DNA of 64,000 nucleotides from Torpedo marmorata. Lineage: Eukaryota. Below are positions 36,311-48,340 of this stretch, piece by piece. Both the position numbers and the translations under genes were made by a program. The notes below the pieces were generated by a model, which was not told the origin of the DNA, ran no database searches, and saw only the letters and a program-made list of their open reading frames with translations. Where the stretch lies: positions 37,944,001 through 38,008,000 of the forward strand of contig OZ360245.1 in NCBI GenBank assembly GCA_977017645.1, read 5' to 3'. How positions within the stretch are numbered: the stretch's first letter is position 1; the number at the start of each line of letters is the position of its first letter.

Positions 36311-38479
36311 TTAGTGGAAAGCAGAAAAGTCAATGTTAATGCCATCTGGCTGGAGAGTGCCGAGACGGAATGTGAGATGTTGTTCCTCCAATTTGCGGGT
36401 AGTCTGGGTGGGATAGTACATGAGGCCATGGACAGACATGTGAGTGTGGGAGTGTGACCCGGAATTGAAATGGTTGGCTACTGGGAGGTCGCTGTTGTTG
36501 CGGACGGAGAGGAGGAGCTCAGCAAAGAGGTCTCCCAATCTACGACCGGTCTCTCCAATGTAGAGAAAGCCACAAAGGGAGCACCGGATGCAGTAAATAA
36601 GTTCTCTGGATGTACAAGTGAAGTGTAGTTTCACTTGGAAGGCCTGTTTGGGGCCCTGGACCGTGGTGAGGGGGGAGGTGTGGGCGCAGGTGTTGCACCT
36701 CCTGCAGGCACAGGGGAAGGTGCCAGGGGTGCGATGGGTGGGGAGGGATGAGTGCACGAGTGAATCGCGGAGGGAGCGGTCCCTATGGAAGGCCGAGAGG
36801 GGAGGATAAGGAAAAATGTGTCTGGTGGTGGGATCCTGTAGTAAGTGCCGGAAATTCCAGCGGATAATGTGTTGGATGCGGAGGCTGGTGGGTTGGTAGG
36901 TGAGGATGAGGGGGATTCTATGTTTGTTGCGTCTGGGGGCAGAGGAGGCCAGGGCAGATGAGCGGGAAATGGAGGAGATGCGGGCGAGGGCTGAGTTGAT
37001 GGTGGTGGAGGGGAAGCCACGTTTGTGGAAAAAGGCAGACATTTCAGAAGATCTGGACTGGAACACCTCATCTTGGGAACAGATGCGGCGGAGGCGGAGA
37101 AATTCAGAGAAGGGGATGGAGTCCTTGCAGGGGACAGGGTGTGAGGATGTGTAGTCCAAATAGTTGTGGGAGTTGGAGGGTTTGTAGTAAATGTCGGTGG
37201 AAAGCTTGTCTCCCGAGATGGAGACAGAGAGATCCAGGAAGGGGAGAGTGTTATCGGAGATGGACCAGGTGAGTTTGAGATCGTGGTGAAAGTTGGATGC
37301 GAAGTGGATGAAGTTGACAAGCTCATCGCGGGTGCATGAGGCAGCCCCGATGTAGTTGTCAATATAACGGAGGAAGAGATGAGGGGTCTTGCCTGTGTAG
37401 GCTTGCAGCATGGATTGCTCCACAAAGCCCACAAACAGGCAGGCGTAGCTGGGACCCATGGCTACTCCTTTGATTTGGAGGAAGTGGGATGAGTTGAAGG
37501 AGAAGTTATTGAGAGTGAGGACAAGTTCTGCCAGGCGGAGGAGGGTGGTGGTAGAGGGTGACTGGTCGGGTCTTTGGTCCAGGAAGAAGCGAAGTGCTTT
37601 CAGACCTTCTGTGTGGGGGATAGAGGTATAAAGGGATTGGACATCCATGGCGAAGATGATGCGGTCCGGTTCAGGGAATCTGAAGTCATTGAGGAGATGG
37701 AGGGCATGTGAGGTGTCGCGGATGTAGGTGGGGAGGGATTGGACCAGAGGAGAAAAGATGGAGTCAAGGTAAGATGAAACTAGTTTGGTGGGGCAGGAGC
37801 AGGCAGAAACAATGGGTCTGCCCGGATGGTTGGGTTTGTGTATCTTGGGTAGAAGGTAGAAACGGGCAGTGTGGGGGTGGGGGAGAATGAGGTTGGTGGC
37901 TGTGGAGGGGAGGTGGCCGTAGGTGATGAGGTCGGAGATGGTGTTGGAGACAGTGGCTTGATGTGCTGTGGTGGGGTCCTGTGGGAGGGGTCGGTAGGAG
38001 GAGATGTCTGAGAGTTGTCGACTGGCCTCGGCAAGGTAGAGGTCAGTGCGCCAGACCACAACCGCACCGCCCTTGTCTGCGGGTTTGATGGTGAGGTTGG
38101 GATTGTTGCGGAGAGAGTGGAGGGCAGAGCGTTCTGAGGAGGTGAGGTTGGAATACGAGAGGGGGGTGGTGAAGTTGAGACAGTTGATGTCTCGGCGGCA
38201 GTTGGAAATAAAAAGGTCCAGAGCGGGCAGCTGGCCAGGGCGAGGTGTCCAGGAAGAGGAAGAAGTCTTGAAGCGGGAGAAAGGGTCTTGGGTGGGGGGT
38301 GGAGAGTCACGGTCATGGAAGTGAGCACGGAGGCGGAGGCGACGGAAGAAGAGTTCGGCATCATGGCGTGCGCGGAACTCGTTGAGGTGTTGGTGGAGGG
38401 GGACGAAGGTGAGGCCTCTACTGAGGACAGAGCGCTCTGTCTCAGAGAGGGGAAGGTCGGAGGGGATAGTAAAAACCAA
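36311..38479 (-). pseudogene. Penelope-like RT + Zn-finger linker + GIY-YIG endonuclease ORF (>=722 aa), probably inactive
   Basis: IKPADKGGAVVVW, FYLLPKIHK, GRPIVS, MDVQSLYTSIP, QIKGVAMG, LRYIDN (YIDD expected), FLD, CACRRCNTC, LIYCIRC..YIGETGR. The frame stays open upstream of 38479 in Pro-rich sequence. Confidence 0.9.
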
Positions 38480-39645
38480 GCAGGGGTTAGAGTGTGGATC
38501 GGTGTTGTGGAGGGTGTTGGGGGGAGGGGGAGGGTTGGGGAGGTCAGAGGGGGGAGGTGGAGGTTGGGGGAGGTTGGAGGGAGGGGGAGGGGGGTTCGGA
38601 GGGGGGAGGTGGGGGGTAGGGGAGGTAGGAGGGTGGGAGAGGGGGTAGGGAGGGTAGCCAGAGAGAGGGGAGGGATGGAGGGAAGGGAAGGGATGAGGTC
38701 TGAGGGTTGGGGAGGAGAGTGGGGCAGAGAGGGGGAGATAGGGGTGGAGTAGGGAGAGGTGCAGGAGGAGAGGGAAGGAGTAGTGAGGGGGATAGGTAAG
38801 TGGAATCTTGTTGCGAGATGAGGACTCCAGTGGCAGTCAGCGTGGGAGGCTCCAGCAGGTAACAGTCTGTGTCGGGAGTCGGCAGTGGAGGCATCTGGAA
38901 CTCTGGTGAGTAGAGGCTCGGGGTCCGGGCTGGGGTTGGCGACCGTAGCTACGGGAGTACCGTCGTGTCGGCGCCAGGGGCGCGGTTAGGAGCAGGCGGC
39001 TGCGGCGTTGGGAGCTCCGGTGAGTTGGCGGAGTCCGGGGTCCCACCCATCGCACCCCTGGCACCTTCCCCTGTGTCCGCAGGAGGTGCAACACCTGCGC
39101 CCACACCTCCCCCCTCACCACGGTCCAGGGCCCCAAACAGGCCTTCCAAGTGAAACTACACTTCACTTGTACATCCAGAGAACTTATTTACTGCATCCAG
39201 TGCTCCCTTTGTGGCTTTCTCTACATTGGAGAGACCGGTCGTAGATTGCTGAGCACCTCCTCTCCATCCGCAACAACAGCGACCTCCCAGTAGCCAACCA
39301 TTTCAATTCCGGGTCACACTCCCACACTCACATGTCTGTCCATGGCCTCATGTACTATCCCACCCAGACTACCCGCAAATTGGAGGAACAACATCTCATA
39401 TTCCGTCTCGGCACTCTCCAGCCAGATGGCATTAACATTGACTTTTCTGCTTTCCACTAAACCTGCTTTTCTTTCCCTTCCCCTCCCCCCTCACCTGTCC
39501 TTCCTGTTTTTCTCCAGCTACCTAGCCATCCCTCCTCCCCCTCTTTGCTGCTGTCCCCTCCCTCCTTTCTCCACCTATCATCTCCTGCCTTTGCCATCCC
39601 CCTTCCCCCCTCACTCTTTTGTTCGGACGCCTACCGGCATTTTCT

Positions 39646-39686
39646 CATACTTTGATGAAGGGCTCAAGCCCGAAACGTTGGTTATG
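39646..39686 (+). ncRNA. Minimal variant hammerhead-like motif in the Penelope pLTR
   Basis: catact-TTGATGA-a-gggc(tcaa)gccc-GAAAC-GTY-ggttatg. Also at ~8668-8708 (+), ~22900-22940 (-), ~36090-36131 (-), ~41821-41860 (+). Confidence 0.6.
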
Positions 39687-39791
39687 TATTTCTACCTTTG
39701 CTACATAAAAGACACTGTTTGACCTGCTGAGTTTCTCCAGCATTTGTGTTTTTTACTTCAACCACGGTGTCCACAGATTTTCGTGTTTTAC

Positions 39792-40285
39792 TTGTCCTTA
39801 ATCAGTTCCTGGCTATCCAAATAATTGTATATCCGATCTCTTAGAACACCTTCCAATAATTTACCTACTACTGACATCAGGCTCACCAGCCTATAATTTC
39901 CAGGGTTACTTTTGGAGCCTTTTTTAAACAATGGAACAACGTGAGCTACCCTCCAATCCTCCGGCACCATACCCGTGGCTAAGGACATTTAAAATATTTC
40001 TGTCAGAACCCCTGCGATTTCTACACTAGCCTCCCTCAAGGTTCGAGGGAATATCTTTTCAGACCCTGGGGATTTATCTACCCTTATTCGCTTTAAGACA
40101 GCAAAGACTTCCTCCTCTTTAATCTGTATAGGTTCCATGACCTCACTGCTTGTTTTCCTTATTTCCCACGACTCTATGCCCATTTCCTTAGTGAATACTG
40201 AGGAAAATAAAGCATTTAAGATCTCCCCCATCTCTTGTGGTTCCATACAAAGCTGACCACTCTGATCTTCAAGGGGACCAATTTT
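39792..40285 (-). mobile_element. CR1 LINE fragment (5' half of split copy)
   Basis: VDKSPGSEKIFPRTLRE, VPEDWRVAHVVPLFKKGSKSNPGNYRLVSL. Confidence 0.9.
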
Positions 40286-41554
40286 GTCCCTTACTATCCT
40301 TCTTCTACTTTATAAACTTTTCTTCTCCAGTGAAATATTTTAAAATTTTACATTTTGTTTCATATTGTAATCATATTATCATGTAGTATCCCTTTTCCAA
40401 CAGTATATTGGTTCTCTTTTACTGTGACAATATCCTGTCATGGTTCTGTTACAGTAGTTAGAGCATAGTTGCTCCACAATTGTTTCAGTCTAGCTCAACA
40501 ACATGTCCAACTGATGCCATTCCAAAGATCCATCTATTGTGCCTTTGGTGTCAAAGATATTGGTCATTAAATTCAACTTTCCACACCATGCTTCACGAGA
40601 AAGTATAAATAAATTCTTAAGGAGCATACAGTGCCAGGGAGCTCATTCTCATCATTGACATCTGCCTGAACTGAATGTAAAGCTTAAAAGTAGTTTGAGT
40701 TCACAGAATAGGTTTCAAAACAAGCAACAAAATGGAGGTGACAGTTTTGTTCAAGTCGCTATTCGTGAAAATAAATTTTGCGCAGATAGATTTTTCTATT
40801 TTTGCCCAAAATGCTGAATGGGACACAGTTGAATATCAGCTTGTGCGGAAAGAAGTGAGGGAGCAGACATTCTACACCTAACACACTTGCTACATTCAGT
40901 GGAACCACAGCGGATCTGCACCCTAACTCTTGTCATCTCTCTTTGTTCCACAAACCTTTATATCTCCTAAAACTTCATAAAAATATCAATTCTGGTCCTC
41001 AAATTTTTAGTTGGCATTTTGGGGCACAAATTCCAAAATGCAGAGAAAATTTATATCCTGATATCGCTCCTGAATGGCCTAATTTTATGGTGATCCCATC
41101 TTTTGCTCGGTTATCCTACTCTCCTGAGCCACGAATTATTTGTCTAGCTCCTCTCTCCCTTAATCACTTTAGAACACCAATTAAATCAGCTCTCATGTGT
41201 TGCTGAATTTGAGTGTAGGCTGTAGAGGAAGCCAGTAATATCTTGGAATAAAAGCAAAAAATGTTGGAAATACTCAGAAGGTCAGGTAGCATCTGTGGTG
41301 AAAGAGATACAGTTGATTGTGGAGGCTTTGCTAGTGATTATGATGAAAACTGATGGGATTTTGTCACTTTGATAGCAGTCAACCCTGGATTTCTGCACTG
41401 ACACTATGAAACAGGTCAGACTGGGACTTGTGGGACATCTTCAGAAGGCTGAAGACTACTAATTACTCAGCTGGTGGACTCTGCATGGTCCTTAGTTGAA
41501 TGATCAGCCTTGCTGGGACTCCCTGTTGGACTTTGGTGTTAGATGTGGGGCAGG

Positions 41555-41930
41555 ATTCCATCTGGGCACTCTCCAACCGGATGGCATTAACATCGACTTC
41601 TCCAGTTTCTGCTAACCCATTCCCTGTTCTCCCTCTCTTCCCCATCCCTCTATCTTCTTTCCTCTAGTTATCCACCCCATTCTCTCTCCATTCACAGAGC
41701 CATCTCCCTGTTTGCTCGTTTGCCCTCCCTCACTTATCCATCTATTACCTCCTGCCTGTGGGATTGTGCTCCTCCCCCCTTCCCCCACCATTTTGTTCGG
41801 GCGCCTGCCTACATTTTTCTCATACCTTGATGAAGGGCTCAAGCCCGAAACATTGGTTATGTATCTTTATCTTTGCTATATAAAGTATGCTGTTTGACCA
41901 GCTGAGTTTCTCCAGCATTGTGTTTTAACC
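41555..41930 (+). mobile_element. Penelope 3' end/pLTR (sister subfamily)
   Basis: ctgggcactctccaaccggatggcattaacatcgac...ttgatgaagggctcaagcccgaaac. Confidence 0.85.
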
Positions 41931-44060
41931 ATTGATCCATAATGGTTTGAAGGTTTAGGAAGCAAAGGGTAGTAGTTACTTATTTAAATTATTTTGTTTT
42001 ACCTTTTAATTATTTGTATGCTGTATTCTTAGTGAACTATATACCTGTATTTTGAAAAATCTTCTATTTAACTGATTTACTTCAATATTAATTACTGTTG
42101 AACCTCTCCATGTCAGAAACATTTAATTGTTATTCAAACCCATAAAAAATGTTTTCACTACCAAAGCCCCAGCCTCAAGTTTGCTGGCTGATAAAAGCTG
42201 CCAGGGATATTATTGGGATGTGGGAACTGGACTGCAGACAGTGGAGGACCAGCGAGAAAGACCAACAACCTTTGGATCACTGAAGAATGTGCATGGTAGA
42301 TGTAAGGCTTCTGACGCCAGGCAGGGGAAGTTGGCCATAGCCATCCAGTCCACCAATTGAAATTATCACAATAATATAGAATTATGTACTTTATAATGTC
42401 ATATGTTATAAAGACTGCAGTGAGAATGAATCATTGTCACCAGACTGATCATTAGAATGTTTTTTTTTAATTTTAAATTTTGTTAAATTCCGATTATATA
42501 TTTATTTAATTATTTAATAGTTCAAATTATTTAATTATTTAAAATTAAAGTTATTGAAATAAACTGAAAATACTGGCATGATTTCTGTTGGATTGGTGAA
42601 GTCTAAGAGTGGTGTAAAACTGCTTTTTTTAAATGGTGAAGGTGAAGACGTTAAGACAATTTCCTTTGGGAAGTCAGGAATGAGGAATGATCAATTTAAA
42701 AGAGGGAAGAGAAGGCATTTAATGATGTTGGGCTTATTGCAAGTTATTTCTGCAGAGAGTGGGTAAGATGGAGACCGTTGCATTTTTGATGGGAAGATTA
42801 GATAAATATTTGCAGCAAAGAAAGGTACAGGATTGTGGGGAAAGAGTAAATCAGTGGATATCATTCATGGTGGTTCCGATCATAAGCAGCCCTCATCGGA
42901 ATAAGCCACACTGAAGCCTTCAAGGATTCATAGAACTCTCACAGCACAGTAAGTGACCATTCGGCCAATCAAGTCAATGCCAATTGCTAGTGGAGAAATC
43001 CCATTAGTCCTATTCCTCTGCATTTTTCCCTATTCTGTAGTTCTTATTGGAAGGGTTTCCAAACAATCCTGCACCTTGCTCTGTTTCAAATATTTATCTG
43101 TTCTTCCCACCCAAAATGCAATCTTATCCACTCTCTGTAGAAGGCATAGTAAAAACATTGCATCTGGCTTTACTAATTACATGAGAATTAAAAATGAGCG
43201 CCTTTAGTCGGACGAATTGAAAGTCTTTCAAAGAGGCAACATGGGGACGGAGAGTGGAATGGCCTCTCTCCATGTTGCATAATTGCTTAATATTCTATCT
43301 ACCACTGTTTTTTTATTGTTCCATACTCACCACATTGATAAAACTTCCAAGTTAACCCAACCCTTGAAAAAAACTTAAATTAATGTTGTCATTCTCTGGT
43401 GCATAATCAAAGTCTGGAAATAAAAGGAGAACCAGAGGATTTGTTAGACATTGGAATCAGTGATTTTCAGTGATATATCATTGTGCAGTGGGAATTGAAC
43501 ATACATTTCAGAATTGTGGATACTTTAAAAACCTGAAACTTCGTATCTAGCACCAGACTGAAGTCAACCCCTGAAATCAATGGCTTAAAGTCACAGAAGG
43601 TTCTGAACAAACCACCCATTTCCTGCAGTACGTTGCCAGCACTAAAGTAGAAGAAAGGAAAGCCTCCAGTTTGCTGGTTTAAACTGTCTCAATATGACGT
43701 GAAACAACAGCCCACCAGATTCAGTCCATTAATCATAAAGGCACAATATTATCCGGGTGGTGGTTGTCGGGGCTGTTGTGGAGTGGCGGGAGAGGGGAGA
43801 AGTGAGGGGGAGGGTGTGGCGAGGTTGTGTACGTTAATTCAATCCCTCAGGCAGTGAAGAACAAGACTGCTGCATGAGGCTGTAATTATCCACCTTGGGC
43901 ACCAGAGCGTTCCTATCGTGTGAAGTTTTCCCAAGTCAGTTTTAAAAAGTAGAATTTAACTTCAATTTCATTTTCTTGTGTGCGTGGAAATGTCCAGCAC
44001 ACAAAAGCTGTTATGTGCTGAAAATCTCACGGACACTGTACTTGTATAAACAACGCAATA

Positions 44061-44816
44061 CAGTACGTTTCCCCGTATCCGAAATGCTTGGGACCGGACG
44101 GTTTTTGGTTATTGTTTTTTTTTTCGGTTATTGGAACAAAACCGAAAAAACCCAAAAACAGCACAGTAGCATCAGCCGTCGCCGGTCCCCGACACCTCCC
44201 CATTGCCGCCGCCGATCCCCGACACCTCCCCACCGCCCCCGCCGATCCCCGACACCTCCCCACTGCCGCCGCCGATCCCCGACACCTCCCCACCGCCATT
44301 GCCAATCCCCGACACCTCCCCACCGCCGCCGCCGGTCCCCGACACCTCCCCACCGCCGTCGCCGATCCCCGACACCTCCCCACCGCCGTCGCCGATCCCC
44401 AACACCACCCCACCGCCGCCGCTGATCCCCGCCCCTGCCCAGGAGCCTGAGGTCCCCGCTCCTGCCCGGGAGCCCGAGAAATGGAAAGAGAGAGGGGAAG
44501 GAGTTACCTGAAATGAGGACAATCGGCGTTCTAATTTCTCCTAATTTCTCCCCATGACCCGCCGACTTCCTCCAGTCGCTCACTGATGGCTCGAGGTTCC
44601 AGCCTGCTTCTCTGAGCCGACATCCAGCCGTTCAGCGTCTGTCTTCCCAGCTGGTTCTGAGCTCTGTTGTTACCAAACTGGCGCCGACAGAGCGTCAGAG
44701 CCCCACATGGGCAAGTCGGGTGATAAATGTTTTCAACTGGTGAAGTCATGTCGGCGCCGAAAAAAAGTTTGGTAACTTTTCGGTTAACGGAATTTCGGAT
44801 ATGGGGAAACGTACTG
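44061..44816. mobile_element. Tigger/pogo-like MITE with internal 30-bp GC-rich minisatellite (44175-44430)
   Basis: TIRs cagtacgtttccccgtatccgaaat / atttcggatatggggaaacgtactg, TA TSD, unit gccgatccccgacacctccccaccgccgcc x~8. Confidence 0.9.
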
Positions 44817-45164
44817 TATTGCAAAGCTGCTCTTGGATTGAATCGAAATTCTAGAATTTAATGTAAACCAATTAGGTTTCATTCTACAATATTTTTTAAA
44901 GGAAGACTACTTATTGAAAAATATAATTGACATTCATATTTGGATGAAATACCACCCAGCTACTTGGGATTATATATTTTCCCCCAATGATGGACATGAT
45001 TGGCCTTAAATTCCAAGTGGGATTTAACCTTCTACTGGGGTTGGTGGCAGCATAGCTATTTATTTCTGTTGTATATTACAAACCATTCATTTATTTTTGA
45101 AGAGCAAATAAAAGGCTGCAATTTATCACTTGTCAGGATCTTTGTGAAATTAGAACACCCTGCA

Positions 45165-45441
45165 ATAAATTTAAATTTAAATGTTTAAATTTAAAATTAA
45201 ATTTATAAATTTAAATTTAGACATACAGCACGGTAAAAGGCCCTTTCGGCCCACGAGACCGTGCTGCCCAATTACACCCAATTAACCTACAACCCCCTGG
45301 TACCTTTTGAACTGTGGGAGGAAACCGGAGCCCCGGGGGAAACCCACACAGACACGGGGAGAACTTTCAAACTCCTTACAGACAGTGCCGGATTCGAACT
45401 CCGGTCGCTGGTGCTGTAACAACGTCGCGCTAACCGCTGCC
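45165..45441 (-). mobile_element. V-SINE
   Basis: Reverse-complement homologue of 78-340 with a long (aaattt)n tail. Confidence 0.88.
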
Positions 45442-47189
45442 AATACTTGAAATTGTTTCCATTTACAGATGTTGATTAGCGAATCTAACAGATTTAATAT
45501 GTCTGTCATTTTTTTTTAAATTCTGAAATCAAAACCTACTGCAAAATGTTCATTCTTTTAACATGAATTCTTTTTAACTTCAACTGCTCTAAGCAAAGGT
45601 GTTTCCTCCAATGTTTGCTTCAGGCTATGATGACACTAATTTACACTTGTGAAGGAATGGAAATGCAGCAACATAGGATGGTTTGTCGTTTTGGGATGGC
45701 ACATGTGTGCACTGACACAGCCAGAGATGGGATAAAACACCTCTGCTGTGCATTAGCTTGAATATAAGAATTTATGCAGTTTGCCTTCACGAGCAAATTC
45801 AGTGTTATCTGTTGGATCCACTTGCCCATTAATAATTTGGAACTGATTGACTTTCATATGCTGCTGAATGAAAATGTTTGCAACCTCAGTGTACTCAGGT
45901 CACTTCTTTATTGATGCAGTATTACCAAACTTCCTGACAACACAGAATATTTAGCTGGATAAGGCATAAATGTTCAAACTCATTGTCCAGCAAATTGGTT
46001 CTTTCATTTTACAACCAGGGATGGATCATAAATGGCCTTCACTAGGTGAAATGCCCAACAGCTTTCTGAGTTAGTTCACATTAGAACATGCATCTCTCGG
46101 ATTATACATCTCTTCTGCGAGATAAACAAAGATGGTGCACAACCTCCCAGCAGCAACAGACCATTGGGGAAGAAGATATATTTTTTTTAATTGAAAAATA
46201 AATAGAACTTGTTTTCAGCAGCAATAAGAAAAGACCAGCACTGATAATCTTAGTTTTACAAAAGAACAAGTTTACCATGAAAGTTTTATCAGTAAGGTAT
46301 TTTGTTAAGGCATAGCAGTAAACAGTCTCATGACTGACTCATGGGAGTCTGCTCACTGTCTCTAGGTGGTGCTGCTATACGAAACCAGTTATTGTTGACG
46401 TCCTTCTGATCTAATTGCCATCTGTGTTATGTCCTCCTGGGAGCAGGAGGTTGTAGAACAGTTGTAGTTGTCAGCGTCCTAAATCAGTTTCTATACGTCT
46501 ATTCATTCCAGATAGATACCTTATGCTTAGTTCTTCATGCCCTAATTCCTGGTGGAATAGCTTAATCCTTTGGAATGGGAGGATTCCTGTTTCCACTTGC
46601 AAGCCCCTTTATTGAATAAATCCTTTTGATTTATGTAAAACACTGAACTATTGTAGAGAGTGAGTGAATGATTCTGTGTTTGTGTGTGTGCGCGCACACA
46701 CACACACATGTGCTTTCTTGACTTTCTTCTTCATGTATTCTTCTTGCAGGATTCTGAAATCTTGAAAAATGTATGGTTGAGAGATAAAAAGTTAAAGCGA
46801 TGTAATAGGGCATACGCTGAAATTGGGATTTGAATGAAAATAAATCCCACAATGTTGCTGTTTTGCTGTCAGTTTATGGTTTTCATTGTATCCCTGTCAC
46901 TCAACAGTGTGTCCCTTCAGCTGAAACCATCCTTCTCATAAGTAAGTTTCATATCAGGACACAGCATCTCATCACACCCATACCAACTCCAGCTTCCTTG
47001 TCAATATTGTGTCACTTTTAATTTCAAAACAAATATTTAACATTTCTATGCCTTTATAACATATGTCATTGCTAAATTGAGCTGGAGTGTTCCAATAGAG
47101 TTGATGGAGAAGTTCTAGCTTAAACGTCTTGATAAATTGTAAACAGAATTAATTGGATGGCTTGGTAGTTTACTCATTTTGAAGGAGGG

Positions 47190-47500
47190 AGCAGGGAGAG
47201 GCCATATAGCCCTCCAAGCCTGCTCTTCCTTTTAAATAAAAACACAGCTAATCCTCCATCTCAATGCCATGTTCCCACTCAATGCCCATACCCCATGTTG
47301 TCTTTTGCGCCTCAAAAACTATCCACCACTTCATACGTTCGCAGCGGCTTGGACACTTTGGTAGAGAATTCCAGCGGTTCACTGCCCTTTGGGAGAAGAA
47401 ATTTCTCTTCATCTCAGTCCTACATGTCCTTCCCTGTGTCCTGAGATTGTGAACCCTCATTCTTGAGCACCCAGCTAGGGAAAACATTCAGACTGCCCAC
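47190..47500 (-). mobile_element. CR1 3' fragment
   Basis: RTEMKRNFFSQRAVNRWNSLP. Confidence 0.75.
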
Positions 47501-48224
47501 CTCTATCAGAATTTTCTATTTTTCCTCTGAATCTTACTCTCTCGTGAATACAGTTCTGGTGACATCTCTCCTGTTGGCAGTCTGGAGAATCTTCACTGTG
47601 TTCCCTCATGTTATTGTTTTCTTATGTTCTTTTGTTGGATTCAAACTGAATACATTTGGGTTTGGCCTTGCTTAATTATATTCTTGCAATTTTCAATAAA
47701 AGGTATTAAAATTTTGCTGTTTTGTGCTGGTTTACATGTTGTGCTGGTACAGTTGCAACAAAGAGTTAATCCCCCTAATTTAGCAGAGAGAAGGAAATGA
47801 GGTAAACAATTCAGACTTGTTTCACACAGCTACAAAAGCCAATGGTAACCCAAGAATTTCAGAAATGAAAACAGAAGATGGAGGGAAAACTTAGCAGAGG
47901 TCCCTCGCTAACGACGGGGAGAGCAGCCAAGTTCTGTTTCAGGTCAATGAGACTCTGTTGGAATTGGAAATGTTGGAGGTGAACAAGTTTTAAACAAGTA
48001 CAGACTTGTGGCAAAGAAAGAATTAAAGGGAAGGTCTGAAATAGGGTTGAAGGCAGGAGAGATTAAATGGCAAAAACTGATGAAGCTGTAAGGCAAAGGA
48101 AGATGACAATTCCTGGCTCTCCCCTTGCTGAACAGCTATCTATTCATCTTCTGATGAAAGATCATCAACCTGAATTGTTAGCGCTACAGATGCTGACTGT
48201 CTTGCTCAGAGCATGAGCAAGTTA

Positions 48225-48340
48225 CCGTATATTTTGGCGTATAAGTCGACCTTCAGATAAGTCGAGTCCCCATTTTCAGCCTCATTTTCATGGTTTTATC
48301 ATATATCGGGCATATAAGTTGACCCCCCCAATTTTCTGCA
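48225..48340. mobile_element. Tc1/mariner-type MITE terminus
   Basis: TA + ccgtatattttggcgtataagtcgac with repeated ataagtcga motifs; other end not found. Confidence 0.5.

Larger units (their letters stand above)
36021..39791 (-). mobile_element. Penelope-like retroelement: long minus-strand copy (36021-39042) joined to an inverted 3' segment with tail (39043-39791)
   Basis: ~720-bp inverted repeat; imperfect TSD atccctaatcagt / gtccttaatcagt; CR1 sequence resumes on both sides. Confidence 0.92.

Noticed and set aside
43976-44583. RS-rich or Pro-rich ORFs (RRRSPTPPH)
   Set aside because: Translations of the 30-bp minisatellite inside a MITE.
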